Shown: positions 55,867 through 64,000 of the stretch, piece after piece
How the letters are laid out: each line of letters begins with the position of its first letter
Numbering within the stretch: position 1 is the first letter of the stretch
Program-made: the position numbers and the translations under genes
Notes under the pieces: generated by a model
Told to the model about the DNA's origin: nothing
The model's database searches: none
The model's input: the letters and a program-made list of their open reading frames with translations, nothing else
Origin: Pedobacter sp.
GTDB lineage: Bacteria; Desulfobacterota; Desulfuromonadia; Desulfuromonadales; Syntrophotaleaceae
Direction: 5' to 3'
NCBI GenBank assembly: GCA_050253415.1
Contig: JBFWJC010000001.1
Span: 1,064,679-1,128,678, forward strand
DNA length: 64,000 bases

Positions 55867-57174
55867 TTGTTCAAGCGCATCCAGAATATCTTCAGTATCC
55901 CCGAGCTTCGTCGTCGGATTCTTTTTACGCTCGGGATGTTAGCGGTTTATCGCATCGGGTGTCATGTACCGATTCCTGGGATTAATGGTGATGTGCTTGC
56001 AGAATTCTTTCAGAAAACCGAAGGTACTCTCCTGGGAATGGTGAGTGCCTTTACTGGTGGGGCATTGGAGCGCATGACTGTTTTTGCGCTCGGAATCATG
56101 CCGTATATCAGTGCCTCCATCATTCTGCAATTGCTTGGTGTTGTTTTTGAACCGGTTGAGCGTCTCTCTAAAGAGGGCGAGCAAGGGCGGAAGACCATCA
56201 CCAAGTGGACGCGTTATGGCACCATTGTTCTGTCGATTGTGCAGGGAACTGGCATTGCAGTAGGACTGCAGTCCATGACCGTGGGCCAGGCTTCGGTAGT
56301 ATCTCATCCCGGTGTTGGTTTCATTCTGTTGACAGTCATCACCCTTACATCAGGTACAGCATTCATCATGTGGGTTGGTGAGCAGATTACCGAGCGTGGT
56401 ATCGGTAATGGAATTTCGCTGATTATCTTTGCCGGGATTATCGCGAATATGCCTGCTGCGTTGCTTAATACGGTGAAATTGGCCAATGCTGGTGCTTTGA
56501 GTCCAGCAAAAGTCTTATTCCTGTTAGTGGTGATTATCGCTACGGTTTGGGCCATTGTATTTATGGAGCTTGCTCAGCGACGGTTACCTATTCATTATGC
56601 TAAACGCGTAGTTGGTATGCGGAATTACGGGGGGCAAAAAAGTCATCTCCCCCTTAAAATCAATATGAGCGGGGTCATCCCGCCCATATTTGCCAGTTCA
56701 ATTATCATGTTCCCCGCAACGGTGGCTAATCTGATAAATATCCCTTGGGTTCAGACGGCCGCAGGTTGGATGGCACCGGGGAATTTGATTTATTATGTCT
56801 TTTATGTTGCATTTATCATCTTCTTCTGCTACTTCTACACGGCTGTTACCTTTAACCCTGTCGATGTGGCCGATAACGTCAAAAAACAGGGTGGGTACAT
56901 TCCTGGCATAAGGCCCGGTAAGGCAACATCCGATTATATCGATACAGTGCTTGGGCGTTTGACCTTTGCTGGTGCTGCCTATGTGTCCGCTGTATGCGTG
57001 TTGCCAACTTTGTTGGTTGCCGGCATGAATGTTCCATTTTTCTTTGGTGGAACGTCTCTGCTGATCGTGGTCGGGGTCGGCTTGGATACGGCATCGCAAG
57101 TAGAGGCGCATCTTATCTCGCGTTCCTATGAAGGTTTTATGAAGGGTGTCACCTTGCGAGGGCGGCACGGTTGA
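55867..57174 (+). CDS. secY: Preprotein translocase subunit SecY
   Basis: [27 protein letters not shown]. Confidence 0.99.
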   Translation: MFKRIQNIFSIPELRRRILFTLGMLAVYRIGCHVPIPGINGDVLAEFFQKTEGTLLGMVSAFTGGALERMTVFALGIMPYISASIILQLLGVVFEPVERLSKEGEQGRKTITKWTRYGTIVLSIVQGTGIAVGLQSMTVGQASVVSHPGVGFILLTVITLTSGTAFIMWVGEQITERGIGNGISLIIFAGIIANMPAALLNTVKLANAGALSPAKVLFLLVVIIATVWAIVFMELAQRRLPIHYAKRVVGMRNYGGQKSHLPLKINMSGVIPPIFASSIIMFPATVANLINIPWVQTAAGWMAPGNLIYYVFYVAFIIFFCYFYTAVTFNPVDVADNVKKQGGYIPGIRPGKATSDYIDTVLGRLTFAGAAYVSAVCVLPTLLVAGMNVPFFFGGTSLLIVVGVGLDTASQVEAHLISRSYEGFMKGVTLRGRHG

Positions 57175-57190
57175 AATGTGTGAGGTAAAA

Positions 57191-57841
57191 ATGAAGATGA
57201 TTCTATTGGGACCTCCTGGGTCTGGTAAGGGTACGCAAGCCAAAATGCTTTCTGAGCGTCTTGGGATCCCGCAGATATCGACGGGTGATATGCTGCGTTC
57301 CGCCGTTAAAGAAGGGACCCCTATGGGACTCAAAGCCAAGGCTGAAATGGAAGCCGGTGGTTTGGTTCCCGATGAGGTGGTCGTAGGCATAGTCAAAGAG
57401 AGACTGCTTAAGACTGATTGTGTTAAAGGATTCATCTTGGATGGATTCCCGCGTACCATTCCTCAGGCTGACGCGTTAAAGCAGACCTTGGCGGACCTGG
57501 AGAAAGATCTCGATGCGGTGATCTCTCTTCAAGTTGACAACGATGCTATTGTCGGTCGAATCGCCGGTCGGCGCACCTGCCGTGATTGCGGTAAGATGTA
57601 TCATGTTGTATTTGATGCTCCGACTGTTGAAGGTCGCTGTGATAAGTGTGGCGGTGAACTGTTCCAGCGTGATGACGATCAGGAAGAAACGATACGCAAG
57701 CGACTTGAGGTCTATGCTGAACAAACAGCTCCGCTGATCGCATATTATCGAGAGGGCGGGGTTCTTTCCGATGTTGACGGTATGGCTGAAATGGCTGCTG
57801 TTCAGGAGCAAATCCTTACCGTGTTGGGCTGTGGACAGTGA
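57191..57841 (+). CDS. adk: Adenylate kinase (Zn-lid type)
   Basis: GPPGSGKGT, LDGFPR, CRDC...CDKC. Confidence 0.98.
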   Translation: MKMILLGPPGSGKGTQAKMLSERLGIPQISTGDMLRSAVKEGTPMGLKAKAEMEAGGLVPDEVVVGIVKERLLKTDCVKGFILDGFPRTIPQADALKQTLADLEKDLDAVISLQVDNDAIVGRIAGRRTCRDCGKMYHVVFDAPTVEGRCDKCGGELFQRDDDQEETIRKRLEVYAEQTAPLIAYYREGGVLSDVDGMAEMAAVQEQILTVLGCGQ

Positions 57842-58584
57842 TCGTGATCAAGAGCAAAGATGAGCTCCTTCGCATGCGCGAAGCTGGGCGAATCGTTGCT
57901 GAGATACTCGCGTTACTTAAGGATAAAATTGCTCCGGGTGTGACAACGCTGGAGCTTGATTCTATCGCAGAGCGTGAGTGTAAAAGAAGAGGTGCCAAGC
58001 CTGCCTTTAAAGGGTATGGAGGGTTTCCTTTCAGCATTTGTGCTTCACCGGAAGATAGAGTTGTTCATGGGTTTCCCAATGATCGGCCTTTGGCCGAAGG
58101 GGAAATATTGAGCATTGATTTCGGTGTTGTATTCAAGGGTTTTTACGGCGACTCCGCTGTGACTTTACCGGTCGGAGAGATAAGTTCCGAAAAGCAGAGA
58201 CTGCTTGATGTTACCCGGAAGTCATTGGAGTTGGGCATCGAGCAGGCAAGAGTGAATAATCGACTGTTCGATATTTCTCACGCGATACAGAGTCATGTTG
58301 AAAAATGTGGTTTTAGTGTTGTGAAGGAATTCGTCGGGCATGGTATCGGGCGAGGTCTGCACGAGGACCCGCAGGTGCCAAACTTTGGGCCTCCAGGTCA
58401 GGGGCCCTTGCTACGTAGCGGGATGGTTTTGGCTATTGAGCCCATGATAAACATCGGCACTGCTGGTGTTAAGGTCTTGGGAGATGGATGGACGGCGGTT
58501 ACCCTGGATAGTAAGCCGTCGGCGCATTTTGAGCACACTGTGGCGATCACCGATGAAGGACCGTTAGTGCTGACCGCCATCTAG
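57838..58584 (+). CDS. map: Methionine aminopeptidase type I
   Basis: VVHG, GHGIG, AIEPM, SAHFEHT. Confidence 0.98.
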   Translation: MIVIKSKDELLRMREAGRIVAEILALLKDKIAPGVTTLELDSIAERECKRRGAKPAFKGYGGFPFSICASPEDRVVHGFPNDRPLAEGEILSIDFGVVFKGFYGDSAVTLPVGEISSEKQRLLDVTRKSLELGIEQARVNNRLFDISHAIQSHVEKCGFSVVKEFVGHGIGRGLHEDPQVPNFGPPGQGPLLRSGMVLAIEPMINIGTAGVKVLGDGWTAVTLDSKPSAHFEHTVAITDEGPLVLTAI

Positions 58585-58673
58585 TTATTGAAAGAAAGAG
58601 AAGGGGTCGGTCGGTTTATAGACTTTTGCGGCCTTTTCGGATTAACAGGCATCGTACACAAAAGGGATGATCA

Positions 58674-58787
58674 ATGAAAGTTCGAGCTTCGGTCAAGCCG
58701 ATTTGTTCCAAGTGTAAAGTGGTCAAACGCAAGGGAATTGTCAGGATCATCTGCGAAAACCCTAAGCATAAGCAGAAACAGGGATAA
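58674..58787 (+). CDS. rpmJ: 50S ribosomal protein L36 (not in ORF track)
   Basis: [37 protein letters not shown]. Confidence 0.98.
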   Translation: MKVRASVKPICSKCKVVKRKGIVRIICENPKHKQKQG

Positions 58788-58808
58788 AGGGATCAGGAGG
58801 ATACTACA

Positions 58809-59177
58809 TTGGCACGAATCGCTGGTATCGATTTACCTAGAAACAAGAGGACCGAGATAGCGCTTACCTATATTTACGGCATTGGCCGCTCCTCGTCCCA
58901 AGACATTTTGAAGAAAGCCGGTGTTGATCCTAACACCCGCACTGACGATTTGACTGAAGCGGAGGCAGGTAAAATTCGTGACGTTATTGATGGTCAGTAT
59001 CAGGTCGAAGGGGACTTGCGTCGCACCGTAACCGGAAACATTAAACGGTTGATGGATCTCGGATGTTATCGCGGTCTGCGCCACCGGCGCGGTCTTCCCG
59101 TTAGAGGTCAGAAAACAAAAACCAATGCGCGTACGCGTAAAGGGCCGCGGAAAACTGTCGCCGGTAAGCGTAAGTAA
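58809..59177 (+). CDS. rpsM: 30S ribosomal protein S13
   Basis: [20 protein letters not shown]. Confidence 0.99.
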   Translation: MARIAGIDLPRNKRTEIALTYIYGIGRSSSQDILKKAGVDPNTRTDDLTEAEAGKIRDVIDGQYQVEGDLRRTVTGNIKRLMDLGCYRGLRHRRGLPVRGQKTKTNARTRKGPRKTVAGKRK

Positions 59178-59188
59178 GGGGAGGAACC

Positions 59189-59584
59189 ATGGCTAAGGGC
59201 AACAAAAGAGTAGTACGTAAGAAGGTCGAGAAAAAGAATATAGCCAATGGTATCGCCCATATTCAGGCGACCTTTAACAACACCATTGTCACTATTACCG
59301 ACGTTGCAGGTAACGTAATTTCATGGTCCACTTGCGGTACCATGAACTTCAAGGGCTCACGTAAAAGTACTCCGTTTGCTGCGCAGATCGCAGCTGAGGA
59401 TGCCGCTAAAAAAGCTATGGAGCACGGTTTGCGTTCTGTGGAAGTTCGCGTAAAGGGTCCCGGTTCCGGTCGGGAGTCAGCTTTGCGGGCTCTTTCTTCG
59501 GTAGGCCTGAACATCAGCGTGATCAAGGACGTTACACCTATTCCCCATAATGGCTGTCGTCCGCCTAAGCGCAGAAGAGTTTAA
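59189..59584 (+). CDS. rpsK: 30S ribosomal protein S11
   Basis: [16 protein letters not shown]. Confidence 0.99.
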   Translation: MAKGNKRVVRKKVEKKNIANGIAHIQATFNNTIVTITDVAGNVISWSTCGTMNFKGSRKSTPFAAQIAAEDAAKKAMEHGLRSVEVRVKGPGSGRESALRALSSVGLNISVIKDVTPIPHNGCRPPKRRRV

Positions 59585-59604
59585 ACAAACAAGGAGGATG
59601 AACG

Positions 59605-60234
59605 TTGGCTAGATATTCTGGGCCTGTCTGCCGTCTGTGCAGAAGAGAAAATATGAAGCTGTTCCTCAAGGGGGACAGGTGTTATACAGATAAATGCGCT
59701 GTGGAAAGGCGTAACTATCCGCCTGGACAGCATGGTCAGGGTCGCATTAAGGCCTCCGATTATGGTACCCAGTTGCGTGAAAAGCAGCGTATGAAACGTA
59801 CCTACGGTTTGCTTGAAAAGCAATTCCGTGGATACTTTGATAAAGCTGACCATCAGAAAGGTGTGACCGGCGAAAACCTGCTGGTTTTGCTCGAGCGCCG
59901 TCTGGACAGTGTTGTTTACCGCCTTGGTTTTGCCAGCTCTCGTGCGGAAGCACGTGCACTGGTTCGGCAGGGACATTTCTTGGTTAACGGCCGTAAGGTG
60001 AATATCCCCTCTTACGTTATGCGTCCCAGCGATGTGGTTGAACTGCGCGAGAAGAGCCGCAAAGTTGCTCGGATCAACGAAGCATTGGATAGTGTGATGC
60101 GTCGTGGGCTGCTTTCTTGGGTAGAACTTGATCGTGAAGCCTTTAAAGGTAGCCTCAAGACTCTGCCGGTGCGCGAGGAAATGACCACGCCCGCCTTCCA
60201 GGAGCAGCTGATCGTCGAGCTGTATTCCAAGTAA
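59605..60234 (+). CDS. rpsD: 30S ribosomal protein S4
   Basis: CRLCRRE, LREKQ, LERRLD. Confidence 0.99.
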   Translation: MARYSGPVCRLCRRENMKLFLKGDRCYTDKCAVERRNYPPGQHGQGRIKASDYGTQLREKQRMKRTYGLLEKQFRGYFDKADHQKGVTGENLLVLLERRLDSVVYRLGFASSRAEARALVRQGHFLVNGRKVNIPSYVMRPSDVVELREKSRKVARINEALDSVMRRGLLSWVELDREAFKGSLKTLPVREEMTTPAFQEQLIVELYSK

Positions 60235-60276
60235 CAGTCACTTGTGGTTGCAGCTACCTCATCATGGAGGATGTGA

Positions 60277-61293
60277 ATGTACAAAAACTGGAGAGACCTG
60301 ATCAAGCCTAAGCGCCTCCAGGTTGATGCGGACTCCTTGTCAGGCACCTATGGCAAGTTCATGGCCGAGCCGTTTGAGCGAGGGTTCGGGACCACCTTGG
60401 GTAATTCGTTACGGCGCGTGCTGTTGTCTTCATTGCAGGGTGCAGCTATTACCTCGGTGCGAGTCAAGGGGGTGTTGCATGAATTCTCAAATATCCCCGG
60501 CGTTACTGAGGATGTAACAGATATTATTCTGAACCTCAAGGGGGTACTGCTCAAACTGCATGGTTCTGACAGTCGCAACATTCGGATCGTGAAGAAGGGC
60601 GCAGGCGTTATTACTGCCGGCGACATCATCACGGATTCTCATGTGGACGTACTCAACCCTGACCATCACGTCTTGACCTGTGGAAAAGATGCGGACCTTG
60701 AGATAGATATGGTTGTTGCTATGGGCAAGGGTTATGTGCCTGCTGACCGCAACAGAGATGACAAGGCGCCTGTGGGGACGATCCCTATCGACGCGCTCTT
60801 CTCACCCATCAAAAAGGTTAACTTCACGGTTACGAATGCGCGTGTCGGGCAGATTACCGACTTTGACAAGCTCATTCTTGAGGTTGCTACTGACGGCAGC
60901 GTTCGTCCCGACGATGCAGTTGCATATGCAGCTAAAATTCTGAAACAACAATTGCAGATCTTCATCAATTTCGATGAGGAGACTGAAACTGTCGTTGAGG
61001 AAGAGAGCGAAGAGAGCCGGAAAATTAACGAAAATCTGTATCGCTCGGTAGAAGAGTTGGAACTGTCCGTGAGAAGTGCCAACTGTCTTAAGAACGCTAA
61101 TATTCATCTTATCGGCGATCTTGTGCAGCGGTCCGAAGCTGAAATGCTGAAGACTCAGAATTTCGGGCGGAAATCTTTGAACGAGATTAAGGATATCCTG
61201 GCTGAGATGGGGCTTTCTCTTGGAATGCTAATCGATAATTTTCCAGATCCTGAGTATCTTAAGATGATTCAGGAAGGGAAAGAGGACCTCTGA
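60277..61293 (+). CDS. rpoA: RNA polymerase alpha subunit
   Basis: [23 protein letters not shown]. Confidence 0.99.
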   Translation: MYKNWRDLIKPKRLQVDADSLSGTYGKFMAEPFERGFGTTLGNSLRRVLLSSLQGAAITSVRVKGVLHEFSNIPGVTEDVTDIILNLKGVLLKLHGSDSRNIRIVKKGAGVITAGDIITDSHVDVLNPDHHVLTCGKDADLEIDMVVAMGKGYVPADRNRDDKAPVGTIPIDALFSPIKKVNFTVTNARVGQITDFDKLILEVATDGSVRPDDAVAYAAKILKQQLQIFINFDEETETVVEEESEESRKINENLYRSVEELELSVRSANCLKNANIHLIGDLVQRSEAEMLKTQNFGRKSLNEIKDILAEMGLSLGMLIDNFPDPEYLKMIQEGKEDL

Positions 61294-61334
61294 CGGCCAA
61301 GGTCACGTTTTCATAAAGAAAGGACCGTTGTATC

Positions 61335-61817
61335 ATGCGTCACAATAAATCCGGGAGAAAGCTCGGGCGCAATTCCAGTCATCGCGCGGCTATGATGCGC
61401 AATATGGTGACTTCCCTGCTCGAGCATGAAAAGATGACAACTACCGATGCGCGGGCCAAGGAGCTTCGCAAGGTTGTTGATCGTATGATTACCCTTGGCA
61501 AACGAGGCGATCTGCATGCCCGTCGTCAGGCGATCAAGGTTATTCGCGATCGTAAAGTTGTCGGAAAACTTTTTGAGCTGATCGGTCCCCGCTACAAGGA
61601 CCGTCCTGGTGGGTATACTCGTATCATCAAACTGGCCAATCGTCTTGGGGACAACGCGTCTCAAGTTATCATTGAGCTTGTTGAGGAAGAATTCACCCCT
61701 CGGGTTCGAAAAGAAGCCGTTAAAGAGGTTGCTGTTGAATCTACTGTTGCTGAAGTAACCGTTGAGGAAACTCCGGAAGCGGTTGAAGTTGCTTCAGATG
61801 CGGATCAAGCTGAATAA
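61335..61817 (+). CDS. rplQ: 50S ribosomal protein L17 with acidic C-terminal tail
   Basis: [18 protein letters not shown]. Confidence 0.99.
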   Translation: MRHNKSGRKLGRNSSHRAAMMRNMVTSLLEHEKMTTTDARAKELRKVVDRMITLGKRGDLHARRQAIKVIRDRKVVGKLFELIGPRYKDRPGGYTRIIKLANRLGDNASQVIIELVEEEFTPRVRKEAVKEVAVESTVAEVTVEETPEAVEVASDADQAE

Positions 61818-61852
61818 GGGATATCGGGGTAACCGGTAGACTTTTGAAATAG

Positions 61853-61887
61853 AAAAGGCAAGGAGACTACTCCTTGCCTTTTTTTTT
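61853..61887 (+). terminator. Rho-independent terminator of the alpha operon (potentially bidirectional)
   Basis: AAAAGGCAAGGAG-acta-CTCCTTGCC followed by T9. Confidence 0.9.
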
Positions 61888-61905
61888 GCGAAAAATCAAG
61901 TCGTC

Positions 61906-61935
61906 TTGACCGGTCTGATGGCGGCGTGCTAATTT
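61906..61935 (+). promoter_or_regulatory. Putative trpE promoter
   Basis: TTGACC-N18-TAATTT with extended TG. Confidence 0.5.
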
Positions 61936-61960
61936 GTAAACTTCGACTTTTGGAGGGGGC

Positions 61961-63445
61961 ATGTACTATCCTAGACTTGATGAATTCTGTGATTTGGCTC
62001 AGCAGGGCAACCTTATCCCCGTTTACCGGGAAATACTTGCAGATATGGAGACCCCTGTATCGGCTTTCAGAAAAATAGACGATAAAGAAACGTCCTTTTT
62101 GCTTGAAAGTATTGCTGGTGGTGAAAAATGGGCACGTTATTCCTTCTTGGGTAGCGGCCCTTGTAAGATTTTTCGTTGCAGTGGACAGCAATGGGAGGTG
62201 CTCGACGGCGGGGAGTTGATCGACGCCGGTCAATCGGATCAACCGCTTGAGATATTGCGTGATTTGCTGCAGAAATACCGGCTTGTGCCCGTTGATGGCC
62301 TCCCCCGGTTTTTTGGTGGGATGGTAGGGTATTGCGGGTATGATACTGTACGTTATTTCGAACGATTACCCGATACAAGTGAACGCAGCATCGGTACCTA
62401 TGATGCCTGTTTTATTCTTACTGAAAAACTTCTTATCTTTGATAATATTCGGCAGGTTATCAAGGTCGTTTGTAATGTTCATGTGGAAGAGGGTAGCTGT
62501 CCGGCCGGTGCCTATCAAAAAGGCGTAGAGGCGATTGATGAGCTAGTCGCTAAATTGCGGCGGCCCTTGCCCGAAGTTGTTTCCGCTTCGCAGGGTGACA
62601 CCTCTGTGGACTTTTCTTCCAATTACAGTCGTTCCGAGTTTGTTGCTGCGGTTGAACAATGTAAGGAATATGTTAAAGCGGGCGATATTATACAAGTTGT
62701 TCTTTCCCAACGTTTTTCCGGATTGCTTGGTGATTGCGATCCATTCGATATCTATCGGGCTTTAAGGACACTCAATCCTTCTCCTTATATGTTTTTTTTG
62801 CGTTTTGGTGAAACCCTCGTTGTCGGTGCTTCACCGGAGGTTCTTGTGCGCAAGGAGGAGGGAATGGTTGAGGTTCGGCCGATTGCCGGTACGCGTCACC
62901 GAGGACGTACATCTGCAGAGGATCTCGCTTTGGAAAAAGAGTTGTTGGCCGATCCCAAGGAGCTGGCGGAGCATATCATGCTGGTTGATCTTGGCCGTAA
63001 TGACTTGGGGCGAGTCTGCCGTGTGGGCACGGTAGAGGTCAGTGAATTGAAGGTTATCGAAAAATATTCACACGTCATGCATATTGTCTCCAATGTCCGA
63101 GGACAGATAGCGGATAACCTCGATTCTTTTGATGTGCTCGGAGCCACCTTTCCAGCCGGTACCCTCAGCGGGGCGCCAAAAATCCGCGCCATGCAGATTA
63201 TTGAGGAACTTGAACCTTCCCGGCGGGAAATTTATGGTGGTGCGGTCGGCTATTTTTCCTTCTCTGGAAATATGGACATGGCCATCGCTATTCGTACGCT
63301 GGTGGTTCATAATGGGATGATTCATCTGCAGGCGGGTGCTGGTATCGTCGCAGACTCTGATCCCGAGTCCGAATATGTGGAAACCTTAAATAAGGCACGC
63401 GGTGCCATGAAAGCCGTTGAAATGGCTTGTAAGGGGCTCGACTGA
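61961..63445 (+). CDS. trpE: Anthranilate synthase component I
   Basis: [39 protein letters not shown]. Confidence 0.95.
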   Translation: MYYPRLDEFCDLAQQGNLIPVYREILADMETPVSAFRKIDDKETSFLLESIAGGEKWARYSFLGSGPCKIFRCSGQQWEVLDGGELIDAGQSDQPLEILRDLLQKYRLVPVDGLPRFFGGMVGYCGYDTVRYFERLPDTSERSIGTYDACFILTEKLLIFDNIRQVIKVVCNVHVEEGSCPAGAYQKGVEAIDELVAKLRRPLPEVVSASQGDTSVDFSSNYSRSEFVAAVEQCKEYVKAGDIIQVVLSQRFSGLLGDCDPFDIYRALRTLNPSPYMFFLRFGETLVVGASPEVLVRKEEGMVEVRPIAGTRHRGRTSAEDLALEKELLADPKELAEHIMLVDLGRNDLGRVCRVGTVEVSELKVIEKYSHVMHIVSNVRGQIADNLDSFDVLGATFPAGTLSGAPKIRAMQIIEELEPSRREIYGGAVGYFSFSGNMDMAIAIRTLVVHNGMIHLQAGAGIVADSDPESEYVETLNKARGAMKAVEMACKGLD

Positions 63446-63446
63446 T

Positions 63447-64000
63447 ATGCTGCTGATGATCGATAACTATGATTCCTTCACATACAATCTTGTGCAATAC
63501 TTTGCTGAGCTTGGCGAAGAGGTTGAGGTATATCGTAACGACCAGATCGACATTGATGGGATCTTGGAACGAGGCCCCTCCCGTCTCGTGGTGTCTCCCG
63601 GTCCCTGCTCCCCCAGGGAAGCAGGTATTTCGGTTGAGGCGATCAAACAATTGTCAGGCAAATTGCCGATTCTTGGGGTTTGTCTTGGCCATCAGTCCAT
63701 CGGTTATGCTTTCGGTGGAGAGATTGTCAGAGCGGCTTCCCTTATGCATGGCAAGACGAGTGCTATCCATCATAACGGGCGTGAATTGTTTGAAGGCCTG
63801 CCAAACCCTTTTGATGCGACTCGCTACCATTCTCTGGTGATTGAGCGGTCCACCTTTCCTGCTTGTCTTGAAGTTACTGCTTGGACCGAGGATGGTGAAA
63901 TCATGGGCCTTCGTCATCGGCAGTTGCCTCTTTGGGGTGTTCAGTTTCACCCTGAATCCATTTTGACGACAGCCGGCAAAGATCTGTTGCGCAATTTTCT
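63447..64000 (+). CDS. trpG: Anthranilate synthase component II (glutamine amidotransferase), 3'-truncated by window edge
   Basis: [40 protein letters not shown]. Confidence 0.95.
   Translation, partial: MLLMIDNYDSFTYNLVQYFAELGEEVEVYRNDQIDIDGILERGPSRLVVSPGPCSPREAGISVEAIKQLSGKLPILGVCLGHQSIGYAFGGEIVRAASLMHGKTSAIHHNGRELFEGLPNPFDATRYHSLVIERSTFPACLEVTAWTEDGEIMGLRHRQLPLWGVQFHPESILTTAGKDLLRNF

Overview
Bacterial chromosomal window, by gene content and order probably a Desulfuromonadales-type deltaproteobacterium (inference). It has two parts. Bases 1-28.5 kb are an accessory/metabolic region: the 3' end of a tungsten-type aldehyde:ferredoxin oxidoreductase (AOR), a TetR-controlled RND efflux operon, ttcA, a stand-alone PP2C phosphatase, an M16C peptidase, a putative tungstate module (TaoR-like HTH-PBP regulator, TupA, MOT1-family transporter, no tupBC), a small Cys-rich protein in its own transcription unit, a PAS-GGDEF-EAL protein, an orphan NfnA-like subunit divergent from a 2[4Fe-4S] ferredoxin missed by the ORF track, an aminotransferase, a Ycf46-like AAA ATPase, and proS-DUF4388-pyrF-rlmB. 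Bases 28.7-64 kb are the core translation/transcription supercluster (5 tRNAs, tuf, rpmG, secE, nusG, rplKAJL, rpoBC, str, S10, spc and alpha operons), followed by trpE and a partial trpG. The most notable observations are a tungstate-binding protein paired with a secondary (MOT1) carrier instead of an ABC permease/ATPase, the small Cys-rich protein unit, two tuf copies that are heavily diverged at synonymous sites and carry a 4-Cys insertion, and a structured AOR 3' UTR containing an anti-Shine-Dalgarno motif. No CRISPR, rRNA, transposase or prophage was seen. Family assignments come from motif recognition only, with no database search.
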